A stretch of DNA of 25,019 nucleotides from a virus (lineage: Duplodnaviria; Caudoviricetes). The stretch is from IMG/VR virus record IMGVR_UViG_3300012948_000019, positions 1 to 25,019 of that record; one strand, 5' to 3'. The notes below the pieces were generated by a model, which did not search any database, was not told the origin of the DNA, and worked only from the letters and a program-made list of their open reading frames with translations. Positions 8,465-16,996 of this stretch are shown piece by piece. The position numbers and the translations under genes are program-made. The first letter of the stretch is position 1. Each line of letters opens with the position of its first letter.

Positions 8465-9779
8465 TAGCCGCCGCTACCATCGCGTGCGGCCGCCGACGTT
8501 CACACGGGCGTATGGCAGCCAGTCCTCAACGCCTCAGGTGGTCTCGCCCTATGGCGGCTTTCCGCAACAGCTTGCCGGCCGCATCAGTCGCCAAGAGCTC
8601 TCGCCGCTCCTCCTCGGGCTCGGCACGGGACAGGGGCAGCGGTATCAACGGCTGATGGCCGACATTCAAAGCGGCCGCGCGCCGGGGCCGCTCGGCGCAG
8701 CGATCCAGCAAATCCAGCAATTTGCGCCGGGGGTGATCGGCGGCGCGCAGGGGATCGGGCAGCAGCTCTCGCAACAAGGTCAGCAAGCCGTCCAGGGCTT
8801 GCAGCAAGCGATTTCTGCGGCGCAGGCGGGCATGCCGCAGTATCAACAAGGCGTCAACCAAGCCTTTCAGGCCGATATCGGCGCGCTCGGGCAAGCGCAA
8901 AACCTCTATGGCCAAGCCGCCGGCATGCTCCCCGCGCTGCAGAATATCGCTGGGCAAGGCACGCAAGGTGCGCAGCAAGCCTTAGCCGCAGCGCAGGGCT
9001 ACATGACCGGGCCGCAGATGCAGGCCGCGCAAGCGCAGCTCGCCCGGGCGCAGGGGCTCTTGCAGGGCGGGGCCGCCGAGACCGGAGCCGGGCAGGCGTT
9101 AAGCCTCGCGCAACGCTACGCGCAGCAAGCCGCCTCCCCGATTGCGCAGGAGGATCTCTACCAGATGGCCGCCCGCCGGGCGCTTGCGCAGGTCCGCCCG
9201 GGGCTCGCCGCCCGGGGCCTCGAGGCCGGCGGCGCTGGGGCGCAAGCCGAGGCCGACGTGTCCCGCGATCTTGCGTACCAGTTTGCTCAGAATCAAGCGG
9301 CGCAGCGGCAAGCGACGTTGCAGGGGTTGACGGGGGCTGCGGGCGGGCTCGGCAACATCCAATCACAAGCGCAACAGAACGTCGGGGCCGCGGCTTCGGG
9401 CTTGGGAAATTTACAGCAGCAAGGCTTGCAAGGTCTCACCGGCGCGAGCCAAGGGGTGCAGCAAGCGGCCACCGGGCAGGCCGCCCTCGGCCAGTCTATG
9501 ATCCCGTATTTGCAGGCGATTCAGCAGGGGGCACAGAACGTCGGGGGTGCCGCGCAGCAAGGCGCCGGGATGCTCATGACGGGCCCCGAGCTCGCCGGCC
9601 AGCAAGCCGCCGCCGTCAACCAACTCGGGCAAGCCCTCATGCAACAATACAATCTTCCGATGCAATCAGCGGGCAACCTGATGAATTTGCTCACGGCCGG
9701 CATGACACCGGGGCTGCAGATGCTCCAGGCGACCGCGCCGACGACGGCGCAATCGAGCAAACAATCGAACATCCTATGA
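8451..9779 (+). CDS. Putative internal virion / DNA-ejection protein A, Gln/Gly/Ala-rich, 442 aa
   Basis: GAGGAG RBS at 8438-8443 and ATG 8451. Low-charge helical Q/A/G composition. Position after tail genes and GNATs matches podoviral ejection proteins. Confidence 0.7.
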   Translation: MVPHDSRRYHRVRPPTFTRAYGSQSSTPQVVSPYGGFPQQLAGRISRQELSPLLLGLGTGQGQRYQRLMADIQSGRAPGPLGAAIQQIQQFAPGVIGGAQGIGQQLSQQGQQAVQGLQQAISAAQAGMPQYQQGVNQAFQADIGALGQAQNLYGQAAGMLPALQNIAGQGTQGAQQALAAAQGYMTGPQMQAAQAQLARAQGLLQGGAAETGAGQALSLAQRYAQQAASPIAQEDLYQMAARRALAQVRPGLAARGLEAGGAGAQAEADVSRDLAYQFAQNQAAQRQATLQGLTGAAGGLGNIQSQAQQNVGAAASGLGNLQQQGLQGLTGASQGVQQAATGQAALGQSMIPYLQAIQQGAQNVGGAAQQGAGMLMTGPELAGQQAAAVNQLGQALMQQYNLPMQSAGNLMNLLTAGMTPGLQMLQATAPTTAQSSKQSNIL

Positions 9780-10387
9780 CACACGATAGCCGTCGCTACC
9801 ATCGTCGTCGTGGTCCCACGGTCGCGCGCGCATACGGCATGCTCGGTGCCCTTGGCGGAGCTGCCGAGGGTGCCGGCTCGGCACTTGGGAGCGCCGCGAG
9901 CGCCGTCGGGAGCGGGCTCGAGACTGCGGCGGGCGCGGCCCTCGGGGGCGCTGGCAAGAGCGCGCTCTCGGGGCTCGAGAGTGTGGGCACGGGCTTAAAG
10001 TCGCTCTTTAGCGCGGTCCCGACCGAGGCGGAGCGGATTGCCGCGCTCGGGCAACCTGTGCCTGCGGGGGTCGAGTTGGCGGGCCCGAGCTCGACGTTTA
10101 CGGGCCCGGGGTTTCTCAACAGCATGGTGCAGGGCTTTGTGCACGGGCCACAACAATTCGCCAACGCGAGCGCGGGGACGAGTCTCGGGCAAGGCATCGG
10201 TGGGCTCTTGCAAGCGCTCGACCAGCTGAACGCGCAGCGGCAGGGCGGCATGTCGCTCGCGCCGATTGTCGGCGGCGTGAGCGGTGTCCAGCCGTTGCGG
10301 GGCCCGAAGTATCTTCCCGACCAGACGCCGCCGATGGGGCCCGGGCCGATCATGGGCATGATTGGGCAGCTCTTTAAGGGCTTCTGA
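9776..10387 (+). CDS. Putative ejection protein B, Gly/Ala-rich, 203 aa
   Basis: ATGA overlap. Glycine-zipper-like amphipathic segments. Shares its N-terminal leader with protein A. Confidence 0.7.
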   Translation: MTHDSRRYHRRRGPTVARAYGMLGALGGAAEGAGSALGSAASAVGSGLETAAGAALGGAGKSALSGLESVGTGLKSLFSAVPTEAERIAALGQPVPAGVELAGPSSTFTGPGFLNSMVQGFVHGPQQFANASAGTSLGQGIGGLLQALDQLNAQRQGGMSLAPIVGGVSGVQPLRGPKYLPDQTPPMGPGPIMGMIGQLFKGF

Positions 10388-12465
10388 TGGACGGCTTCAG
10401 CTCCGTCGAGAATATCGCGGGCCGCGGCGTTGGGCTCTTGTCGGCGCTCGCCAGCATCAAGGGGGGCGGGCTCGCCAACTACATGCTCGCGCGGCAGCGC
10501 ATGATGACCGACCCGGCGTACCGCGCCAGTTTCATCGACGCCCCCTTTACCGCGGGCTTTTTTGGCCTCGGACAAGGCGCCCCACCGACGGCGGCGGCAC
10601 AAGCGCAAGTCGCGCAACCCGCCGGCGGCGGCGGGCCACCGCCGGCGGCCGCACCGCAAGATGTCCGCTATTTGCCGACGGGCGGCACATGGTATCCCGG
10701 CGTGGCCCCGCTCGATTACGCCCAGCAAGTGAAAGCCGAGCAGGATCGCGCGACGATGATCGGGCTCACGAGCAACGATCCCGCGATCCGCACGCAATCG
10801 AAGCTCTCGATTGGCGTGCCGCTCTCCCAGGAGGAAATGGGGCAAGCCGTTGGTGCCGGCCGCGAGCTGGTGCGGCAAGCGGGCCCGGGCTCGCAAGTCC
10901 AGTACAAGCTCCCGGGCGGCGCGGTCACGGTCGGCTCGCCGTACATCAGCGGCAACTATCTCGACCAGAATGCGGCGGCGGTCGTTGCCCAGCGGACTGG
11001 TGGGGTGGTCGTGCCGAGCCCGAGCGGCGGCTTTGAGGTTAAAGCGCCCGAGCGCCCCGTCCAGGGCGAATACACTGACCCGAATCAGGCGGCGGCCGTG
11101 CGGCAGCCGGGCGAGGTCACGAAACCGACCGGGCGCACCGTCAACGGCGTGCCGACATACTACAACGTGAAGCAAGAGCCCGTGGGCGTGGCACCCTTGC
11201 CGACCGCGCCAGCCGCGCGGCCTGCGCCACCAGCCCCGGTGCGTCCGGCAGTGCCGGTCACGCCACCACCACCGGCCGCCGAACCACCGGCACCCGCACC
11301 GGCCCCGGCAGCCGCGCCACCTCCGCCACCGCCACCACCACCACCCGCGTCGCAAGCAGCTCCCGCACCGCCTCCACCGCCACCGCATGAGATCGTGCGC
11401 CAACGCCCGGACGGATCGTTCGAGCCCGTCGCGCCGCCCCCACCGCCCGCACCGGCACCGCGCGCAGAGGCCGCACCAATCACCGCGCCGCCGCTGCTTG
11501 CCGCCGCCGGGCCGTCACCGTTCCAGATGCCGTGGCAAGGAGCGCCCGCACCGGCCGTGGCCGCCCCCGCGCCCATCATGGTCGCACGCGCCGAGCCGCC
11601 ACCCTACCAGCTCGTTCCGGGCGCCGAGCTCGGCGGCATTGTGAGCGGGGCGCCGCCCGCACCTGCCGAGCAACGGTTACCCGCCGTGCCCGCAACCGCG
11701 GTGCCGTGGACGCCGACGCCGGCGGGACAACCAGCAGCGCAACCCGCGGCGACGCCACCGGGGATGCCGGTCGGCACGGAAACCTTCACGCAAACGCAGC
11801 CCATCGAACCGAGGCTCGGCGGGGGCACCAAAACGTTTGCAGGCGAGACACCCGGGAAGCGTGAAGCCGACCTCGAGATGGCACGGCGACGGGCCGAGGT
11901 TGAGAAAGACGTGGCGTCAAAATTCGGCTCGATTCCTCAAACGAAGGAACTTGACGAGGCATATCGGGTGCGGAGTGACATAAACGACCTCCTCAACGGG
12001 TACACGCCAAAGGAACGTGCCGGGTACGTCGGCTACGTGGAGCCGTATCTGCGCCGGTTCTGGTCGGGGAACGACCCACGTTATCAACGCTTCCTTGATT
12101 TGAATACACGCATTCATGCCGCGTTGGGTGGCGAGAAGAGTGAGCTGCCGTTGCCGACCGGCTACGAATCAACGCCCGCACAATACGAGAGTGCATTACG
12201 TTCGTCGGCCGATACGGTCGACAAAATCATTTCCGTGCAAGCCGCGCTCGCGAATATGCACCCGGCCGATTTGACGCCAGACCAGCAACGGAAGTTTATC
12301 AACGAACGCATGTCCGATCCGAGCACGGTACATTTTGGCCCGTACCCGTGGGACGAAAAAACCGGCGCACCGATCTCGAGCCAAGCGACACCAACGAGCT
12401 CGACGACGACGACCACGAGCCCGTTTCTCGTCGACCGACGCTATACGATCCAGCCCGCGCAGTAG
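10387..12465 (+). CDS. Putative ejection protein C with long Pro/Ala-rich central region, 692 aa
   Basis: TGATG overlap. Long ORF in the virion operon with a helical, charged C-terminal domain. Confidence 0.68.
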   Translation: MDGFSSVENIAGRGVGLLSALASIKGGGLANYMLARQRMMTDPAYRASFIDAPFTAGFFGLGQGAPPTAAAQAQVAQPAGGGGPPPAAAPQDVRYLPTGGTWYPGVAPLDYAQQVKAEQDRATMIGLTSNDPAIRTQSKLSIGVPLSQEEMGQAVGAGRELVRQAGPGSQVQYKLPGGAVTVGSPYISGNYLDQNAAAVVAQRTGGVVVPSPSGGFEVKAPERPVQGEYTDPNQAAAVRQPGEVTKPTGRTVNGVPTYYNVKQEPVGVAPLPTAPAARPAPPAPVRPAVPVTPPPPAAEPPAPAPAPAAAPPPPPPPPPPASQAAPAPPPPPPHEIVRQRPDGSFEPVAPPPPPAPAPRAEAAPITAPPLLAAAGPSPFQMPWQGAPAPAVAAPAPIMVARAEPPPYQLVPGAELGGIVSGAPPAPAEQRLPAVPATAVPWTPTPAGQPAAQPAATPPGMPVGTETFTQTQPIEPRLGGGTKTFAGETPGKREADLEMARRRAEVEKDVASKFGSIPQTKELDEAYRVRSDINDLLNGYTPKERAGYVGYVEPYLRRFWSGNDPRYQRFLDLNTRIHAALGGEKSELPLPTGYESTPAQYESALRSSADTVDKIISVQAALANMHPADLTPDQQRKFINERMSDPSTVHFGPYPWDEKTGAPISSQATPTSSTTTTTSPFLVDRRYTIQPAQ

Positions 12466-12468
12466 CGT

Positions 12469-14118
12469 ATGGCCGAGGAGCAGCAATTCTACCGGCAATA
12501 TTTGCAATCAACCGCACCTGACGGCTCGCAAACGATCCGCGAAGTCGTGTCGCCGACACTCCTCGACCACGACGCCGCTGCGGCGGCGGAGCAACAGGCA
12601 GGCCACACGTTTACGGGGTTCATCTCCCCCGACAAAATGCCGCCCGCGCAACCGGCCCCACCGACACCACCTCCAGCTGCGCCCGCCGTCTCTGCGGTTC
12701 CCGCCTCTGGGCCACCCCCAACGACGCAGCGCTGGACCCCGTCCGGTCAAGAGGTCGCCGTGCCCTCGCCGGGGGCAACCCCGTGGCTGAACATGATTCC
12801 CCCGGCGATGGCGGTTGCGGGGCCGCTGGCGCTCTCGATTGCGCAACCGGAGATTGGCCTGCCCCTCTGGCTACTGTCCGCGACGAGCGCCGGCCTTGGT
12901 ATGGGCGGCGGCGAAGCAATCCGCGAGAAACTCGCCGGCGAGGAGATCTCGCCGGCGAATATCGCCGAGCAAGGAGCCCTCGGCGCGGCGACGGATGTCG
13001 GCATGGGGGTGCTCACCAAATTCGCCGCCCCGGTCGTGAAGTACGCCGCGGGGCGCCTCTTTCCCACGCTTACGGCTGTCGAGCAGGCCGGGCCCGTCCT
13101 CGCGACGGGCGGGCAAGCAGCCGAGACTGCCGCCCCGAGGGTCTCCGACTTGGCGTCGCAAGCCGCGAAGGGTGTTCGAGCGAGCACAGACCAGGCATTC
13201 GACGCTGCTCGCAGCGCCGGGCAAGGGCTCCAAGTGTCGACGGCGGGGCTCGACCCACACGTCGCGGCGGCCACAGATGCCGTTACACGGGCTGGCGCAA
13301 CGCCCGAGCAAGTCGCGCAGTTTAACAGCGTGGTCAGGCCCCTGACGGGCGGCGCCCCAGCCGACTATCGGCAGCTTATGAGTACCCAGCGGCAGGTCGA
13401 GAACTGGGTCAGCGGCATGCGCTCGAATGGCGTCGCCGCGAGCGAGATCGCCCCGGTCGAGCAATTGCACCAAGCGCTCGGTGGTCAGCTCGACGCCGCG
13501 GCGGCGGGTACCCCGGCCGCCCCCATGCACGCGCAATATGTGAGCGCGCAGGGTCAGCAGCTCCCGACACGCTATGCGCTCTCGAGCGTCGCGGGCGATG
13601 CGACGAACCTCGCCGCAGAAACCCCCGCGACCATTCAAGCGATTGCGAAGCAAGCGAGCGAGGCTGAACGGCCTGCGCTTGCTGCTGCATGGGTCGATTC
13701 AGCCCGCCGCTCCGCGGCGCAAAGTGCCAACCCCGTCACGGCCATGCGTGCGCAGTACGAGGCGCTGGGGTCTGAGACGCAAACGGCGCTCTTTGGGTCG
13801 CACAAGGCTGCGTTCGAGGACGTTTTACGGGCGGGCGATATCTCCCTTGGCCGCGCGGCGCTGCCGGGGGTTGCTGGTACCGCGGCGACCGCGGCGAAGT
13901 ATGCGGGGCTCCCTCACGTCCCGGGCCTTGGGTATACCGTCGCCGCCGGCGACCTCATGGCGCCCTTTGTGGCGCGGCAAGCACTCGTCAGCCCCCGATT
14001 CGCGGCGTTTGGCGGCGGCTTATCACGTACGATGGGCGTGGCGGCGCCGGCGGCGGCGCGGCTGGGGGGTCAATCGTACGCTGAGCGGGCGTGGCAAGCG
14101 GGCTTGCCGTCGTTCTAA
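12469..14118 (+). CDS. Putative ejection protein D, Ala-rich, 549 aa
   Basis: Last gene of the + strand operon. Contains hydrophobic Gly/Ala stretches (PLALSIAQPEIGLPLWLLSATSAGLGMGGG). Its stop overlaps the stop of the convergent gene. Confidence 0.68.
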   Translation: MAEEQQFYRQYLQSTAPDGSQTIREVVSPTLLDHDAAAAAEQQAGHTFTGFISPDKMPPAQPAPPTPPPAAPAVSAVPASGPPPTTQRWTPSGQEVAVPSPGATPWLNMIPPAMAVAGPLALSIAQPEIGLPLWLLSATSAGLGMGGGEAIREKLAGEEISPANIAEQGALGAATDVGMGVLTKFAAPVVKYAAGRLFPTLTAVEQAGPVLATGGQAAETAAPRVSDLASQAAKGVRASTDQAFDAARSAGQGLQVSTAGLDPHVAAATDAVTRAGATPEQVAQFNSVVRPLTGGAPADYRQLMSTQRQVENWVSGMRSNGVAASEIAPVEQLHQALGGQLDAAAAGTPAAPMHAQYVSAQGQQLPTRYALSSVAGDATNLAAETPATIQAIAKQASEAERPALAAAWVDSARRSAAQSANPVTAMRAQYEALGSETQTALFGSHKAAFEDVLRAGDISLGRAALPGVAGTAATAAKYAGLPHVPGLGYTVAAGDLMAPFVARQALVSPRFAAFGGGLSRTMGVAAPAAARLGGQSYAERAWQAGLPSF

Positions 14119-14324
14119 GCAAGCCCCCGCCCAGTGCGAGAACGCGCATCGTGAGGCGGTGGGTTGCGCTTCAAGCGTGCCAAGACACGCGCCGCCTCCT
14201 CCGGGCTCATGGGGGCAGGAGGGGGAAAGAGGCCATCTAGGAAGCCCACCAAGAGCCGCGTCGCTCCCGCGACTAGGAGCAGTGCACCAAGCCAGTTCGC
14301 ACAGAGAGCACGTAAGAGCGTCAT
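14115..14324 (-). CDS. Small predicted membrane protein, 69 aa
   Basis: Hydrophobic N-terminal half (WLGALLLVAGATRLLVGFL). Preceded by the shared TAGAAGGT-ATG motif. Confidence 0.6.
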   Translation of the reverse strand: MTLLRALCANWLGALLLVAGATRLLVGFLDGLFPPPAPMSPEEAARVLARLKRNPPPHDARSRTGRGLA

Positions 14325-14356
14325 ACCTTCTAGACGCTACCTGTAACGCTAACAGG

Positions 14357-14575
14357 TCATCCGTGGACCAATCGGCCGAGGATTCCCGTCGCAATGACGA
14401 GGGTCCAAGTAATCCCGAAGCCCCACAGCATATAGCGTTCGAGGGTCGCGAACCGCTCGTCAACCGCGCGGAATCGATCATCGACGCGCTTCTCGAACTG
14501 GTCAAAGCGCCCCTCAATTCGGCCGAGGGCTTGACTGATCGGGTCGATCGGATGCTCCGAGACCGGCGTGCTCAT
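14357..14575 (-). CDS. Small coiled-coil protein with C-terminal transmembrane helix, 72 aa
   Basis: Heptad-like RF repeats (IEGRFDQFEKRVDDRFRAVDERF), then MLWGFGITWTLVIATGILG. Preceded by TAGAGGGT-ATG. Confidence 0.75.
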   Translation of the reverse strand: MSTPVSEHPIDPISQALGRIEGRFDQFEKRVDDRFRAVDERFATLERYMLWGFGITWTLVIATGILGRLVHG

Positions 14576-14598
14576 ACCCTCTAGACCTACTTGTTACG

Positions 14599-14757
14599 CT
14601 AAACGTGTCGCGCGCGCCACCACGCCCGGAGCCCGGCGACGACCATGGCGACGAGGGTGCCGAGCACGGTGGCGACGGTGATGGCGGCATAGAGGGCGAC
14701 GAGGACCCCCACGCCAATCACGGCGACGAGGACCGCCCAATAGGCCAGCGCGACCAT
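14599..14757 (-). CDS. Very hydrophobic 52-aa membrane protein (not in the ORF track)
   Basis: Translated by hand: MVALAYWAVLVAVIGVGVLVALYAAITVATVLGTLVAMVVAGLRAWWRARHV*. About 40 apolar residues followed by a basic tail; it fills the intergenic gap. Confidence 0.7.
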   Translation of the reverse strand: MVALAYWAVLVAVIGVGVLVALYAAITVATVLGTLVAMVVAGLRAWWRARHV

Positions 14758-14777
14758 CCTAGCGTCTCGGCGAGCCT

Positions 14778-15575
14778 CTAGGGGCCTTTAGTAGCTACGC
14801 GGTGACGCTGCCTAGAGCGCGTTGACGCGAGGGTGCGGCATGGTCGGCAACCGCGGTCACCGGAGGGCGTCACATAGACGCTTTCGCTTGTGTAGACGTG
14901 GCCGCGGGGGCACTGCGTTTTCCTGCGCGCGAGCCGCCAGCGTTGCGCCGCGAGTTTCAATGCAGCGGCCTGCACGCTCTGGTGGGCCATCGCAGGATCC
15001 ATCAAGAACGAGCGCTCAATCCGGGCCCATTCCCAGATTCCGTCGTGATTCTCCGGAAAGTACAACGAGGTACCGTACTGGCGCACGACCCAGTGCGGCA
15101 CGCAAAAGATACGGTCTGGACTGACGACATAGCAGACATAGGCCGGCCGACGGTAACAGTGGCCCGAGCGGAAATAGCGGCCCCACGCGCTGAACTGATA
15201 CGCGGCCCCCGTCGCGTGACAGCAGATCGCCACCTCCGTCGGGCCGACATGGAGGACGCCAGTACAGTAGGTCGCCTGACCCTGAGTGACGACGATTTTG
15301 ACGGCGATGCGATGGGCGTTGCACCAGTCCGCGACGACTTGCTGTGCTGGGCGTAATCCACGCTCAAGATAGCGCTGGTGCAGTCGCCGCACGCGCCCCA
15401 ATTGTCTCGCACGCGACCGCAGGCCGATCGTTGCCGCACACATTCGCACCCATTCACGCGAGACGCCGAGGGCGTTGCCAATCGCCCGCAAGGGGGCACC
15501 GGCCTTGATGCACTCAGTGAGAAATTCAGTTTGATCCTGGCCTTTGATGAAGACCCGTGGCTGGTCAGGATCCAC
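14778..15575 (-). CDS. HTH plus C-terminal zinc-binding domain protein (homing-endonuclease-like architecture), ~265 aa
   Basis: GGAGG RBS before GTG 15575. Sigma-region-4-like HTH (LRAIGNALGVSREWVR) and C-terminal KTQCPRGH...RGCRPC, a motif seen at the end of phage HNH proteins. Confidence 0.6.
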   Translation of the reverse strand: MDPDQPRVFIKGQDQTEFLTECIKAGAPLRAIGNALGVSREWVRMCAATIGLRSRARQLGRVRRLHQRYLERGLRPAQQVVADWCNAHRIAVKIVVTQGQATYCTGVLHVGPTEVAICCHATGAAYQFSAWGRYFRSGHCYRRPAYVCYVVSPDRIFCVPHWVVRQYGTSLYFPENHDGIWEWARIERSFLMDPAMAHQSVQAAALKLAAQRWRLARRKTQCPRGHVYTSESVYVTPSGDRGCRPCRTLASTRSRQRHRVATKGP

Positions 15576-15705
15576 GCTCGCCTCCTTGCCGGATGCGCCA
15601 CGCCATGACTCGGCACTTGGGGGAGCAGTACCGGGCTGTCCGGCGCTGGGGGGTGAAAGGCCGGTGGCAGTGGGCACAGCGGCGGCCGGGCTTCTCTGCC
15701 GTCAC
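15565..15705 (-). CDS. Small zinc-finger protein, ~46 aa
   Basis: CAHC...F......ARYCSPKCR motif. GTG 15705 overlaps the upstream TGA. Confidence 0.65.
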   Translation of the reverse strand: MTAEKPGRRCAHCHRPFTPQRRTARYCSPKCRVMAWRIRQGGERGS

Positions 15706-16133
15706 GGATGCTCTCTGAGAATGCCCTCGCTTGGCGCAGAGGCCATACGACATGGGAGGCGACCCTCCTTCCAAGCCCGATACCCTTCCTCGTCATCTGG
15801 AATTCCGAGGTCCCGCCACTCGGGCAGTGCGTCGTGCAATTTGACCCGTATGCGCTCCCACCGATCGCGAGCATGTCGGAGCGTCGGCTCAGACCAACCT
15901 TCGCGGCCCCAGCCGCTCGGCGGCGGATAGGCCTCGTGCGGAGCGGTCGTGCGCCCGTCGGGCCACCGTCGTGCACCGACACGGCGGAGCTGGATAACCT
16001 CGTAGTGCGGCAGGTGGGGTCGGCCGTCGCCGATCCACGTCCGCTCGACGACGCACCAGAGGCCCGCACGAGCGAGAAGGACGTGCCGGTACTCGTCCCG
16101 CTCGAACGGGAAGCGGAGCGGCTCCTCGGCCAT
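15702..16133 (-). CDS. Hypothetical protein, 143 aa
   Basis: TGATG coupling to the upstream gene. Protein-like composition, including EAYPPPSGWGREGWS. Confidence 0.65.
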   Translation of the reverse strand: MAEEPLRFPFERDEYRHVLLARAGLWCVVERTWIGDGRPHLPHYEVIQLRRVGARRWPDGRTTAPHEAYPPPSGWGREGWSEPTLRHARDRWERIRVKLHDALPEWRDLGIPDDEEGYRAWKEGRLPCRMASAPSEGILREHP

Positions 16134-16327
16134 CAGGCCGACTCAGGGCTCGGAGCCTTGGCTGGACCCGGGCCTTGGCACCGCCGCAGATGGGCCTCGA
16201 GGGCATCCGCGATCCAGTCCTGCACCGTGACCTCCGCGGTAAAGGCCGCGAGCTTGACGGCATGGTGCAGGCGGGCCGGAATCCGGGCGGCGAGTTGGGC
16301 ATAGGTCGGGTCATTCGGGCGTCGCAT
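16133..16327 (-). CDS. Ribbon-helix-helix DNA-binding protein, 64 aa
   Basis: QLAARIPARLHHAVKLAA....VTVQDWIADAL gives a strand-helix-helix pattern. Confidence 0.72.
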   Translation of the reverse strand: MRRPNDPTYAQLAARIPARLHHAVKLAAFTAEVTVQDWIADALEAHLRRCQGPGPAKAPSPESA

Positions 16328-16847
16328 GGGGGGGTCCTTGGGTGCGGGTCGCCGCGACGTAGGCGGCGATCAGGAGGCCCTCTGCCGGGCCCTCGTTGGC
16401 GGCCGCGATCGGGCCGAGACTCGGGAATCGTTCCTGCGCCCGGAGCCGGGACGCGGCCTTGTTGGCCCCGATCAACCCGGCGTGCTGCTTCCAGACGAGT
16501 GGGGCGACGATCCGGTAGGGCACGCGGGCCGAGACAATGAGCCCGAGCCACAAGCCGAAGCCGAGGCCGGTGCGGAAGGTCGAGGCGACGCCTTGCCCCG
16601 GTCGGGCCCCCTGGGCCTCGAGGGCGACCTCGACCACATGCACCGCCGGCGCGCGGCCGTCGATCAGCCGGGCAAGCAGCGCCCGCATGCCAAGCGGGTC
16701 GTATTCGTTGCGGGTCTTGCGATTGCGCACGACGGGCATGGACGGCGTGCGGTGGAGCTCGACATGGAGCGGGCTCCCGTCGTCGTCGACATCGAGGACC
16801 CCGAGGCCGCCAGCTAAGCCTGGGTCAATCCCCACGGTCCGCCTCAT
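16311..16847 (-). CDS. RuvC-like Holliday junction resolvase, 178 aa
   Basis: ATG 16847 (ATGA overlap). Motifs VGIDPGLAGG, VALE, QGVASTF..G.GFG, P.VWK and AEGLLIA are typical of phage RuvC-like proteins. Confidence 0.85.
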   Translation of the reverse strand: MRRTVGIDPGLAGGLGVLDVDDDGSPLHVELHRTPSMPVVRNRKTRNEYDPLGMRALLARLIDGRAPAVHVVEVALEAQGARPGQGVASTFRTGLGFGLWLGLIVSARVPYRIVAPLVWKQHAGLIGANKAASRLRAQERFPSLGPIAAANEGPAEGLLIAAYVAATRTQGPPHATPE

Positions 16848-16996
16848 GGGCGGCCGTAGCGCGGGCAGATGAGCGCATGGCGCCACCACCGCCCGCACCG
16901 CCAGCAATAGAGCCCGAGGAGCACGGCCACGGCCCGCCACCGCGGCGGGCGGCGGAGCTCGGCCAAGACCATCGGCCGCGAGCCGTTGACCAGCAT
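16844..16996 (-). CDS. 50-aa protein with CxxC...HxxxC motif (not in the ORF track)
   Basis: MLVNGSRPMVLAELRRPPRWRAVAVLLGLYCWRCGRWWRHALICPRYGRP*. It abuts the upstream stop and overlaps the resolvase ATG. Confidence 0.55.
   Translation of the reverse strand: MLVNGSRPMVLAELRRPPRWRAVAVLLGLYCWRCGRWWRHALICPRYGRP

Noticed and set aside
8451-9779. Tape-measure protein
   Set aside because: No tail tube, sheath or assembly-chaperone genes are seen, and the context (adaptor, nozzle, GNATs) is podoviral.
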